Origin: Microgenomates group bacterium
Lineage (GTDB): Bacteria; Patescibacteriota; Microgenomatia; UBA10105; UBA927
Assembly: GCA_049287205.1 (NCBI GenBank)
Contig: JBAQFJ010000001.1
Span: 511,041-575,040, forward strand
Length of the DNA stretch: 64,000 bases
Direction of reading: 5' to 3'
Shown: positions 29,772 through 39,103 of the stretch, piece by piece
How positions within the stretch are numbered: position 1 is the first letter of the stretch
How the letters are laid out: the number at the start of each line of letters is the position of its first letter
Made by a program: the position numbers and the translations under genes
The notes under the pieces: model-generated
Told to the model about the DNA's origin: nothing
Database searches by the model: none
The model's input: the letters and a program-made list of their open reading frames with translations, nothing else

Positions 29772-30612
29772 ACGTTTTTTTCAGATACTCGCTTCCTGTG
29801 ATATACCCGATGCCGATCGAAATACTGGCTTTCATTTTTAACATCTGTCTCAGACAAAACAGTGATAATTTGGAATAATGTTTTTTGTACACAAACAACA
29901 ATCCTTTGTAGATATTTAATACCGGTCCGGTCCGTTTATTGGTCGAACTTGCGCCCCCCAGATGCACAATCTGACTGCCGGGGTAAAAATATGTCCGGTA
30001 TCCCTTTTTCCGTGCGCGCATCAAAAGATCAATTTCTTCCATATACATAAATATATTTTCGTCAAACAACAGATCGTCCATAAACAATTTACGAGGTCCG
30101 ATCATACATGCGCCGGATACCCAATCTACAGTTTTTAATTTGTTTGGTGACCATCTGGTAATTCCAAGTACATCCCCTTTCAAAAACAGTGCCGCAAATA
30201 CCACACCTGTTGTTAAAAACGGGCCGCACGACGTCTGCGCAGACCTATCCATGTTGAGAAGCTTTGGACCCGCAAAAGACCTTGGATGATTATGCGCAAA
30301 TTCATATAATTTTGGAATTGCATTCTTAATGGCGACAGTATCGGAATTGATGAGCAAAAAATATGCGCCTTTTGCTTTTCTCATTCCCTGATTATTTGCT
30401 CTGCCAAATCCCACATTTTCATCATTCAAGATGGTGATGACGTCAGGATATTTTTTGGCAAACATCTCACGAGACCCGTCAGTTGAAACATTATCAACAA
30501 CAATAATCTCACTTGAAACAAATGATCCGGATAAACTTTTTTTTATCGATGCCAAACAATCATCAGTGATCGTTTTGGTATTGTAGCTGACAATAATAAT
30601 TGATAAATCCAT
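29746..30612 (-). CDS. Glycosyltransferase family 2
   Basis: MDLSIIIVSYNTKTITDDCLASI...VVDNVSTDGS. Confidence 0.8.
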   Translation of the reverse strand: MDLSIIIVSYNTKTITDDCLASIKKSLSGSFVSSEIIVVDNVSTDGSREMFAKKYPDVITILNDENVGFGRANNQGMRKAKGAYFLLINSDTVAIKNAIPKLYEFAHNHPRSFAGPKLLNMDRSAQTSCGPFLTTGVVFAALFLKGDVLGITRWSPNKLKTVDWVSGACMIGPRKLFMDDLLFDENIFMYMEEIDLLMRARKKGYRTYFYPGSQIVHLGGASSTNKRTGPVLNIYKGLLFVYKKHYSKLSLFCLRQMLKMKASISIGIGYITGSEYLKKTYAEAYKLV

Positions 30613-30638
30613 AATCTTCCCTTTGTGTGTTCTACCCC

Positions 30639-31226
30639 TTATTGAAACAAACGGGCAAATTTGAGTGTATACCGGAGATCTTTAGAGCGTTCTTTAATAA
30701 ATTTGGCTGGAACTCCTCCCACAACTGCGTACGGGGCGACATCTTTTGTAACAACTGCCCCTGACGCCACAACTGCACCTTTACCAATGGTGACTCCGGG
30801 AAGAATCGTGACACGTGATCCGATCACCACATAATCTTCGATTGTAACGGGAGCTCCGATTGCCGCAAAATCCGGTGAATCAATGTCATGTTCCATCGTA
30901 TAGATACGTACTTCCCCGGCAATTGACACATTGTTGCCAATACGAAGTGGCCTAACCCCTGACCCAAAGAAACGTTGTATATAATTTTTCTTTTCTCCAC
31001 TCACAACCGGTGCACGACCGTCAAGGAATGCGTCGTTACCGATAATGGTATTGTGTCCTATCTCAACTCCAGCTGGGTTATCAAACTCCGCCCGCCAATG
31101 TATGGAGGAATTTTTACCGACTTTTACCCGATAGATAGTACGGTAAAAAAACAATCGCACTGTATGACTTAAAACATAGCCGTTCAGCGTACAAAGGTAT
31201 ACCCAAAAATCAATCAGTCCTCTCAT
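30639..31226 (-). CDS. Hexapeptide-repeat O-acetyltransferase (WcaF/WbbJ-like)
   Basis: 195 aa; LbH repeats ([15 protein letters not shown]..., [25 protein letters not shown]) with an N-terminal hydrophobic segment as in WcaF. Confidence 0.7.
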   Translation of the reverse strand: MRGLIDFWVYLCTLNGYVLSHTVRLFFYRTIYRVKVGKNSSIHWRAEFDNPAGVEIGHNTIIGNDAFLDGRAPVVSGEKKNYIQRFFGSGVRPLRIGNNVSIAGEVRIYTMEHDIDSPDFAAIGAPVTIEDYVVIGSRVTILPGVTIGKGAVVASGAVVTKDVAPYAVVGGVPAKFIKERSKDLRYTLKFARLFQ

Positions 31227-32377
31227 GATTTTTTTCCTTTCCTTGCAACTTGTTCAAGAACAGTTATGGTTTGTTTTGCGGCTTCTTCCCATGTGAATTT
31301 CTTTACCTGTTCCAGACCTTTTTTAATTCGAGATCGTCCCTGAATCAGGTTTCGTTGCCTGACAGCAGTCAGAAGTCCTTGGGTAATGCTTTCTGTATCC
31401 TCAGGCGTCACATAAATGCCTGCTTTCCCCGCAATCTCAGGCAAACTCGAAGTAGAACTGACCACCACTGGGCAACCTTCTGCCATAGCCTCAAGAACAG
31501 GCAGTCCAAAGCCTTCGTAGAGGCTCGGAAGCGCAAAACAAAGAGCATTTTTGTAAAGCGTCGGCAAGTCCTCGTCAGGCACGAAATCCAAAAATTTCAC
31601 CCTGTCTTCCACCCCATATTTTTTAGGTGCTTGAAGAATTTCCTCATATAACCAACCCTTTTTGCCAACAATCACGAGATCAATGAGGCCAAATTTCTGC
31701 TTATTGAGCTTCAAAAACGAGGCAAAAGCCTCAATGAGCCGAGTATAGTTTTTTCGTGGCTGAATCGTACCTACAGAGAGGATATAGTGTTTTGCTATAT
31801 GATATTTCTCGATCGTTCCCATAGATTGTAGTGCGCTCAATCCTGGATAGGTCACAAAAACCTTGCTCTCAGGAACATGATATGTGTCAATTATAGCATT
31901 TCTGCTAAATTCACTGATGGTCAAAACCGCAGTCACCTGAGACGCGGAATATTGTGTCCAATGCACCAATTTGTGCAAATCTTTTCGTTTAAACAGTTCA
32001 GGAAATTTCAAATACGAAAGATCCATGATAGACATAACGCGAGGAGTGGCAATAAACCGAGGAATATAGTGTGTTGGAGAGAACACAACGTCCGCTTTCG
32101 GCACATCTTTTCGAATGGCCATAGGTAGTCCGATGAACGTCCAAAACTTTTTCGGTCCAGAAATGCGATACTGCCACCACGGAGAGGCTTTCGGCATGTC
32201 AGGAAGCGGAGCATCCGGAAGATAAATGCGATAGACATCAGACAAAGCTCCCGCGATATATCGCTCACGAAGCTCAGCGTACATATACACAAGGATTTCA
32301 TACGCATATCTGCCAATTCCCACTCGGGTTGTCACGTTTGCTTCATAACCGTCAATTGCAATAATCATATTTTTCAA
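31223..32377 (-). CDS. Glycosyltransferase family 4
   Basis: [23 protein letters not shown]-domain; [33 protein letters not shown]-domain. Confidence 0.8.
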   Translation of the reverse strand: MKNMIIAIDGYEANVTTRVGIGRYAYEILVYMYAELRERYIAGALSDVYRIYLPDAPLPDMPKASPWWQYRISGPKKFWTFIGLPMAIRKDVPKADVVFSPTHYIPRFIATPRVMSIMDLSYLKFPELFKRKDLHKLVHWTQYSASQVTAVLTISEFSRNAIIDTYHVPESKVFVTYPGLSALQSMGTIEKYHIAKHYILSVGTIQPRKNYTRLIEAFASFLKLNKQKFGLIDLVIVGKKGWLYEEILQAPKKYGVEDRVKFLDFVPDEDLPTLYKNALCFALPSLYEGFGLPVLEAMAEGCPVVVSSTSSLPEIAGKAGIYVTPEDTESITQGLLTAVRQRNLIQGRSRIKKGLEQVKKFTWEEAAKQTITVLEQVARKGKKS

Positions 32378-32922
32378 GATACTCCCGGATACACAACAAG
32401 TAATTTGCTTTCTTTAATCCCAATGTATTCTGCCACATCTTTTTTCGTCGCCTCAGAGTCACATAAAAACAATGCACATTCATGGAGTGTTCGAAGAATT
32501 CGTCGTCTTTGCACGTGCAGTATTTCTTTTGGGAAGCTTTCCGGAAAATGCAGGAACGAAACATCATGAATCGTTGTAATGCCAATTGTTTTTTTTGAAA
32601 GTGGCGGCTGTGTCCAATCGCTCGACCAAAATACATCAACGTGTCCGATAAACCAATCAATCGGAATGATATGCAGGACATTCCATAAGACATCCAATAA
32701 TTTTGGAGGGACGGGAACAATCTTTACTTCGACATTCTTCGAGGTCTTGAGAATCGGGCGAACAAACGCGTCAATTTTGTTTTTCCGGCGGAGAGATCCC
32801 GCAAACAAAATAAACGTGTGTTCGGGAGATGCGGCAATGACTCGTGGAATGAGTTCTCTGACATATCTTCCCACTCCGGTTCCCTCATAGACAACTTGGC
32901 TGATATCGATACCAATGCGCAT
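32374..32922 (-). CDS. GT4-type N-terminal domain only (truncated glycosyltransferase / possible gene remnant)
   Basis: 182 aa; MRIGIDISQVVYEGTGVGRYVRELI is a classic GT4 N-domain start, but the ORF stops before any C-terminal EX7E domain. Its stop overlaps the next GT4 start (ATGA). It is the first gene of the long minus-strand run. Confidence 0.55.
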   Translation of the reverse strand: MRIGIDISQVVYEGTGVGRYVRELIPRVIAASPEHTFILFAGSLRRKNKIDAFVRPILKTSKNVEVKIVPVPPKLLDVLWNVLHIIPIDWFIGHVDVFWSSDWTQPPLSKKTIGITTIHDVSFLHFPESFPKEILHVQRRRILRTLHECALFLCDSEATKKDVAEYIGIKESKLLVVYPGVS

Positions 32923-33043
32923 AATGTTAGTATAGCGTATTTTATATACATTACTCTATATCTCTCCGCACTTTCCTTCCAAGAAAGTAATCTAGCTTTT
33001 TTACTAAATAGTATGTATTATTCGAATCACTGCCGAAACACGA

Positions 33044-33979
33044 ATGAAACCGCTAATTCATACCACTGCACTCGTACAGTCAAAACATATCGGCGCCAAT
33101 ACAAAAATCTGGGCGTATTGTAATATTCTTGAATCCGCTTCCATCGGCAAAAACTGCAATATTTGCGATCATGTATATATAGAAAATAACGTCAGCGTTG
33201 ACGATAATGTAACAGTTAAATGCGGCGTCCAACTGTGGGACGGCATTACCATCGAACATGATGTGTTTATCGGTCCGAACGCGACATTTGCAAATGATAA
33301 ATTCCCCCGTAGCAAACACCATCAACAAGCGCCACTGAAAACCACAGTAAAACACCACGCTTCCATAGGCGCAAACGCAACCATTCTTCCGGGAATTACC
33401 ATCAGTGCATATGCGATGGTTGGAGCAGGAGCTGTCGTCACAAAAGATGTGCCGCCCTATGCGATTGTTGTTGGCAACCCCGCACGAATCACAGGGTATG
33501 TCACAACGAACAAAACAAAAAAGAGCAAAGAAATTACTTCCACTGTCGATGCAAAACCAAAAAAACTCCATGTAAAAAATGTATGGATGAACGCACTCCA
33601 GAAAGCATCTGATCTGCGGGGAAATCTATCGTATGTTGAATATCAAAAATATATTCCTTTTCTTATAAAACGGGTATTTTTTGTTTACCATGTACCAGGG
33701 CAAGACGTGAGAGGTGAGCATGCACATAAAAAATGCCAGCAATATCTGGTCTGCATCAAAGGGTCGGTGCACGTCATCGTTGACGATGGCATACACAGAG
33801 AAGAAATAGAATTAAAGGAAATGACTATGGGTGTATATATACCGCCAATGATTTGGGGCACTCAGTATAAATACAGTGATGATGCCATTCTCGCCGTATT
33901 TGCCTCTGATATCTATAATGCATCTGATTATATCCGTGATTATCAACATTTTTTAACACTGGTCAAACGGAAAAAATAA
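33044..33979 (+). CDS. Bifunctional WxcM-like protein: LbH N-acetyltransferase (FdtC-like) fused to sugar 3,4-ketoisomerase cupin (FdtA-like)
   Basis: N-terminal hexapeptide repeats (IGANTKIWAYCNI..., IGANATILPGITISAYAMVGAGAVV); C-terminal cupin with VRGEHAHKKCQQYLVCIKGSVHVIVDDG (FdtA His-pair signature). Confidence 0.7.
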   Translation: MKPLIHTTALVQSKHIGANTKIWAYCNILESASIGKNCNICDHVYIENNVSVDDNVTVKCGVQLWDGITIEHDVFIGPNATFANDKFPRSKHHQQAPLKTTVKHHASIGANATILPGITISAYAMVGAGAVVTKDVPPYAIVVGNPARITGYVTTNKTKKSKEITSTVDAKPKKLHVKNVWMNALQKASDLRGNLSYVEYQKYIPFLIKRVFFVYHVPGQDVRGEHAHKKCQQYLVCIKGSVHVIVDDGIHREEIELKEMTMGVYIPPMIWGTQYKYSDDAILAVFASDIYNASDYIRDYQHFLTLVKRKK

Positions 33980-33980
33980 T

Positions 33981-35087
33981 ATGCGAGTCCCCTATTTAAA
34001 TCTGCGACAAAATTATCATGGGATTGAAGACGCCCTCGTTCGCTCATTCACCCGAGTCCTACAAAGCGGCAGAGTCATATTGGGCCCCGAAGTGCAGACT
34101 TTTGAAAAACAATATGCCACATTTTCAAAAACGAAGTATTGCGTTGGGGTCGCAAACGGTCTTGATGCTCTTATTTTATCTCTTAGCGCACTTGGCATCG
34201 GCAAGAACGATGAAGTGATTGTTCCATCAAACACGTATATCGCGACGCTCGTTGCTGTCTCTCGAGTCGGCGCAACACCTATCCTTGTTGAACCAAAAAT
34301 CAATACCTATAACATTGATCCAAAAAATATTGCAGCAGCTATAACAAAAAAAACGAAAGTAATTATTCCTGTGCATCTGTTTGGTCAGGCCTGTCAGATG
34401 GATGAAATCATGAGGATCGCAAATAAACACCATCTGTTTATTGTGGAAGACAACGCGCAATCCCACGGCGCGACATTTAACAAAAAAATGACCGGTAGTT
34501 TTGGAGATGTGAATGCAACCAGTTTTTATCCGGGAAAAAACCTCGGTGCCATTGGCGACGCGGGTGCGATCACCACTGGTAACCAAAGACTGGCAAATAT
34601 CATACGGAGCATCAGAAATTATGGAGAATCAAAACGCTATGTCAATGAATATATCGGCTTTAATTCAAGACTCGACGAACTGCAGGCGGCGATCCTACGC
34701 GTCAGATTATCTCATCTTGCAACGTACACGAAACAAAAACAACGTATCGCGAAAAAATACACTGCTGAACTCGCTGGAGTTGGAGATATCATCTTGCCTA
34801 TAACTGAAACAGGGTCAACACATGTTTATCATGTCTATCTGATACGCACGAACAAACGGAATGCCCTACAAAAATACTTGGAATCAAAATCCATAACAAC
34901 GTTGATACACTATCCCATTCCCCCGCATTTACAAGCCGCATATAAGGAATTGCATTTCAAAAAAGGATCCTTTCCTATCGCTGAAGAATTAGCGGCAACA
35001 TCGTTGAGTCTCCCGATTTTTCCGGATATGACAAACAACCAAGTTGAATACGTAGTAAAAATGATCAAACAGTTTTTCCAAAACTAA
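33981..35087 (+). CDS. DegT/DnrJ/EryC1/StrS PLP-dependent sugar aminotransferase (FdtB/QdtB-like)
   Basis: 368 aa; N-terminus LNLRQNYHGIEDAL...; catalytic Lys retained (TSFYPGKNLGAIGDAGA). Confidence 0.8.
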   Translation: MRVPYLNLRQNYHGIEDALVRSFTRVLQSGRVILGPEVQTFEKQYATFSKTKYCVGVANGLDALILSLSALGIGKNDEVIVPSNTYIATLVAVSRVGATPILVEPKINTYNIDPKNIAAAITKKTKVIIPVHLFGQACQMDEIMRIANKHHLFIVEDNAQSHGATFNKKMTGSFGDVNATSFYPGKNLGAIGDAGAITTGNQRLANIIRSIRNYGESKRYVNEYIGFNSRLDELQAAILRVRLSHLATYTKQKQRIAKKYTAELAGVGDIILPITETGSTHVYHVYLIRTNKRNALQKYLESKSITTLIHYPIPPHLQAAYKELHFKKGSFPIAEELAATSLSLPIFPDMTNNQVEYVVKMIKQFFQN

Positions 35088-35089
35088 TT

Positions 35090-36076
35090 CTATTTTGATC
35101 CGTAGCCTTGGGGGTGCGATTCATGCCACTTCCAAGCAGTTTCAATGATTGCCTCAGGTGTTATATATTTTGGCTCCCATCCAAGCTTGGTGCGCGCTAA
35201 ACTATTGTCCGCATAAATTGCATCAGGGTCACCCCAACGTCTCTCTTTATCCTGAATATTGAGTTTCTTTCCCGTCACGGTTTCAATGGCATGCAGTATT
35301 TCCATATTGGAATACCCTTTTCCAACACCAAGATTCACCGTAAGCGATTTGTCCTCACGGGCAATATATTCAGCAGCTTTCAAATGTGCGCTAGCTAAAT
35401 CTGAAACGTGGATGTAATCACGAACACATGTTCCATCTGGGGTATGATAATCACGACCGAATACATAAAACGGTTCACTTTTCATCAGCGCATTGATTGC
35501 AACGGGAATGATATGTGTTTCAGGACTGTGATCTTCCCCAAGACTTCCGTCCTCTAGTGCTCCACAGGCATTAAAATACCGAAGTCGTGCAAACCGAAGT
35601 CCATGAATTTTTTCATACCATTCAAGGATCTCTTCAAAATTTCGTTTTGATGCACCGTACACAGATGTTGGTGCAATTGGTGATTGTTCTGTCACCGGCA
35701 GATCTTTGGGAAACCCATACACTGCACAGGTGGAAGAAAAAATAATTCGTTTACATTCGTGTGTCCGCATGGCTTCAAGTAAATTGAGTCCCCCGTCAAT
35801 ATTATTGTGGAAATACTCATACGGTTTTTGCATGGATTCTCCGGGAAGTGTAAATGCCGCGAAATGAATAACTGCATCAAATGCGTTACCTGCAAATGCT
35901 GCTTCAATATCTTCTTTTTTCCTGAGGTCTCCAACAATAAGTTTTGTATCACCCACTGCTTCTTTATGCCCCATGGTCATATTATCGAAGACTACTGTTT
36001 CATGTCCCTCAGCCTTCAGAAGCGCGTTTGTGATTGATCCGATATATCCTGCTCCGCCCGTAACTAAAAACCTCAT
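35090..36076 (-). CDS. galE: UDP-glucose 4-epimerase
   Basis: MRFLVTGGAGYIGS...; SVYGASKRNFE (YxxxK); start set at MRFLV, with an ATGA overlap to the upstream small ORF; the longer ORF to 36142 is unlikely. Confidence 0.85.
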   Translation of the reverse strand: MRFLVTGGAGYIGSITNALLKAEGHETVVFDNMTMGHKEAVGDTKLIVGDLRKKEDIEAAFAGNAFDAVIHFAAFTLPGESMQKPYEYFHNNIDGGLNLLEAMRTHECKRIIFSSTCAVYGFPKDLPVTEQSPIAPTSVYGASKRNFEEILEWYEKIHGLRFARLRYFNACGALEDGSLGEDHSPETHIIPVAINALMKSEPFYVFGRDYHTPDGTCVRDYIHVSDLASAHLKAAEYIAREDKSLTVNLGVGKGYSNMEILHAIETVTGKKLNIQDKERRWGDPDAIYADNSLARTKLGWEPKYITPEAIIETAWKWHESHPQGYGSK

Positions 36077-36294
36077 AGTTTTTTCTCCTTTGTTAACAAC
36101 ATATACAGTATACCAATTGTGACAAATGCGGCGCCATACCAAACCAACCGTTCACCCGTAAAGAAAATCCATTTCGCAAATAGTGGAATTGCCAACAAAA
36201 AACAGAAAAGTCCTGCAATAACGAATAATTTTTCTCGCCGAAGCAATAAAAGAATACACAATAGAACGAAAAATCCTATATCTTGTGGCTTCAT
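36073..36294 (-). CDS. Small two-TM membrane protein
   Basis: 73 aa, two hydrophobic helices; translationally coupled on both sides by ATGA overlaps (with the UXS stop and the galE start). Confidence 0.45.
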   Translation of the reverse strand: MKPQDIGFFVLLCILLLLRREKLFVIAGLFCFLLAIPLFAKWIFFTGERLVWYGAAFVTIGILYMLLTKEKKL

Positions 36295-37241
36295 GAATGT
36301 TTGTAGTATTCGATTGTTTTTTGAAGACCAACGTCAGCGTTCACTTTTGGCTCCCATCCAAGGATAGTTTTTGCCTTCGTGATATCAGGACACCTCTGCA
36401 TTGGATCATCCGCAGGTAACGGTTCAAATACAATTTCTGATTTCGTTCCAGTCATTTTTTGAATTTTTTTGGCAAGATCAATCATGGTATATTCTTCCGG
36501 ATTTCCAAGGTTAATCACTTCTCCTTTTGTTTTATCCGAAAACATCATTTTCATAAGCCCGTCCACAAGGTCTGACACAAAACAGATTGACCGTGTCTGC
36601 ATGCCGTCGCCATAAACCGTAAGCGGCTTTTCCTCAAGTGCTTGGTTGATGAAATTGGAAATAACACGTCCGTCATCTTTCCGCATGTTTGGTCCGTAGG
36701 TATTGAAAATTCGGACAATCCTTCCATCCACGCTCCTGCCTCTGACATACAGCATCGTCATCATTTCCCCGAAGCGTTTGGATTCATCGTAACAAGACCG
36801 AACCCCATTTGGATTCACATTTCCCCAATACGTTTCCTTTTGCGGATTTTCAAGCGGATTGCCGTACACTTCTGAAGTTGAGGTAAACAAAAATTTCGCT
36901 TTGTAGGCTTTGGCAACTTTGAGCATATGGCGGGTACCCACGGAATTGACGAGTGCAGTCTCTTCATCATATTTCTGGTAGTCTGGTACGGATGCGGGCG
37001 ATGCAAGATGAAAAACATAATCAATCTTCGGCAGCACCGGGAATTCATTAATCACGTCCCATTTGATGAACGTAAAATCCGGATTGTTTTTTAGGCTTTC
37101 AATATTTTTTTCTGATCCCGTTACAAGATTATCAACACAAAAAACAGTATGACCAATTTTAAGAAGTGCTTCACAAAGATTTGATCCGATGAACCCCGCA
37201 CCCCCAGTTACTACACTTACCTGTTTTTCATTAGTTCCCAT
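36291..37241 (-). CDS. UDP-glucuronate decarboxylase (UDP-xylose synthase)-like SDR
   Basis: VVTGGAGFIGSNL...VDNLVTGSEKNI; TSEVYGNPLENPQKETYWGNVNPNGVRSCYDESKRFGE closely parallels the UXS/ArnA-C catalytic block. Confidence 0.8.
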   Translation of the reverse strand: MGTNEKQVSVVTGGAGFIGSNLCEALLKIGHTVFCVDNLVTGSEKNIESLKNNPDFTFIKWDVINEFPVLPKIDYVFHLASPASVPDYQKYDEETALVNSVGTRHMLKVAKAYKAKFLFTSTSEVYGNPLENPQKETYWGNVNPNGVRSCYDESKRFGEMMTMLYVRGRSVDGRIVRIFNTYGPNMRKDDGRVISNFINQALEEKPLTVYGDGMQTRSICFVSDLVDGLMKMMFSDKTKGEVINLGNPEEYTMIDLAKKIQKMTGTKSEIVFEPLPADDPMQRCPDITKAKTILGWEPKVNADVGLQKTIEYYKHS

Positions 37242-37246
37242 ATTCG

Positions 37247-39100
37247 TTATTTTATCACAGTAGTATAAATACTATACCGTTCATCTTCATACACCTTCAT
37301 ATTATGTTCCTCAAAATACTGAGTATCTGCTCTATACGGAAAATCATTTTTATCCCATCTTGGTACAAGAATGTACATAATGCCAAGCTTTCGAGTTAAA
37401 GCAAGATCCCCTGTATACACCTGCCTAACATCAGATGATCTGTCAGTTGTACCGACGTTTCCGAAAAATCCAAAATAATTTTTCCTTCCAGCGAGTACTA
37501 CAGGGTCAATCATGTCCGAGTAGGATACAAACACTGCACTTTTTTCTGTATGCGTTTGCATCCAAGTAATGACTGGAAGTATCTTATGATCAACAAGTGG
37601 ATAGGCAAATTCATTCTTAATGGGAATAAGATCAATAACCCCTGAAATTGCCAAAACACTGAGTCCTGTAACAGCAACACATTTCCATAGAATTTGTTTC
37701 TTTTCCCAAAGCCACACAACCCCGATTGCCGTAATACAATTTACGAGTAGGATAAGGAATGAATAAAACTTCTGATCAAATCCATGGTGATTCATCACGG
37801 CATACGCACACTCAATGATAAACAAGAATATGAAGAACAAAGCGATATTTCGTCTCTGTTTCGGAATTGCAAAACACCCGACAATCATTCCTATCGGCAG
37901 CAGTCCAATATTCTGCCACAAGTACTCTATGGCAGTCCATGTTTGTATATTTCGGACACCCAAACCGACAAGAGGCGCCATTTGCTGTACTACACCCAGA
38001 TACGGCATACACGAAACAATACTGACAATAAGTACAGACATACTGAATATACCTGCATAGCTCCATTGTTTTTTCACTAAAAGTACACCACCGATCAACA
38101 CAAATGTCATACACAGAATAAACACATTCCAATACAACAAAAGGCCTGTCAACAATCCAAAAAACACCATTTTCCAACCCGTCAGTCGTTTTTGGATTAT
38201 GGTGGTATCAACCAGTATGAATAAAAAAAGTCCAAAGGCAATCGCAAGCGCCAGATGCCTTTGGTTCACATAATTGTTCAGCGTCGTAAATATTGAAATA
38301 GTCGATCCGTCAAATGGTCCTGCAAACGGATAAGTCGGCAGCTGCCACAATGATTTAATGGTGGTGAGTGATATACCTTTCTGAATAAAAATCTGCCAAA
38401 ATGTGAGTGTGCTGTTTGTTATGGACAATAGTACTGCAATCCAGCCAACAAGCGGTTTTTGTTTAAAAATGAGCTGCGGAAGATAATAGATAATGACGAG
38501 GAGGGACGTCATCGACAGAATACTCGGGATATTCATCGCCCAGATAATCGGAACGCCGAGATATTCCCAAATAGCGACATAAAAGTAAAACAAAAAATGA
38601 TACAAAAACGGCAACCCCGATTGAAACGGCGACATGAACGGAATGTTTGAACCATATGAAAACGAGCGAATGATCCCTAATGCGTGAGAAAAATCAAACA
38701 CATTGTTGCTTCCGACATACAAAACACCAAACATTTCTCCATGAAAAGTTTTCATCATCATCCAACTACTGAATACAATAGAAAAAAGAACGAGCAATAT
38801 ATCAGAAATGAACAAAGGTTTTGATTCAATCTTTTCTTTATTGCGTAAGAACATAAACGAAATGAAACTAATCGTCGTTGTTGCTGCCACCCCAAAAAGA
38901 ATTGGCTCACTAGTATGAGCAAACAAACAGGAAACAAGATACGTAACAGGGACGCCAATGACCGTTCCCAAAAGCCAAGACGCAATGCCAGTAAGAAGCG
39001 TGGGCAACCCGCCAAACCATCTCTTCACTATCACCCATCCAAAAACAAACAAGGAAATACAATAGAACACTAGCAAACAAAGATGCAATATATACTCCAT
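37247..39100 (-). CDS. Polytopic membrane protein, GT-C-like glycosyltransferase candidate
   Basis: 617 aa, at least 13 TM helices, C-terminal soluble domain (VFVSYSDMIDPVVLAGRKNYFGF...) as in ArnT/PMT-type enzymes. Confidence 0.4.
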   Translation of the reverse strand: MEYILHLCLLVFYCISLFVFGWVIVKRWFGGLPTLLTGIASWLLGTVIGVPVTYLVSCLFAHTSEPILFGVAATTTISFISFMFLRNKEKIESKPLFISDILLVLFSIVFSSWMMMKTFHGEMFGVLYVGSNNVFDFSHALGIIRSFSYGSNIPFMSPFQSGLPFLYHFLFYFYVAIWEYLGVPIIWAMNIPSILSMTSLLVIIYYLPQLIFKQKPLVGWIAVLLSITNSTLTFWQIFIQKGISLTTIKSLWQLPTYPFAGPFDGSTISIFTTLNNYVNQRHLALAIAFGLFLFILVDTTIIQKRLTGWKMVFFGLLTGLLLYWNVFILCMTFVLIGGVLLVKKQWSYAGIFSMSVLIVSIVSCMPYLGVVQQMAPLVGLGVRNIQTWTAIEYLWQNIGLLPIGMIVGCFAIPKQRRNIALFFIFLFIIECAYAVMNHHGFDQKFYSFLILLVNCITAIGVVWLWEKKQILWKCVAVTGLSVLAISGVIDLIPIKNEFAYPLVDHKILPVITWMQTHTEKSAVFVSYSDMIDPVVLAGRKNYFGFFGNVGTTDRSSDVRQVYTGDLALTRKLGIMYILVPRWDKNDFPYRADTQYFEEHNMKVYEDERYSIYTTVIK

Positions 39101-39103
39101 AGG

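Noticed and set aside
32923-33043. Divergent intergenic region between the two glycan operons; looked for clear -35/-10 pairs or a shared operator
   Set aside because: AT-rich with several TATnnT-like hexamers (for example tagtatgtattattcg) but no convincing spaced -35/-10 pair or repeat, so no promoter feature was called.
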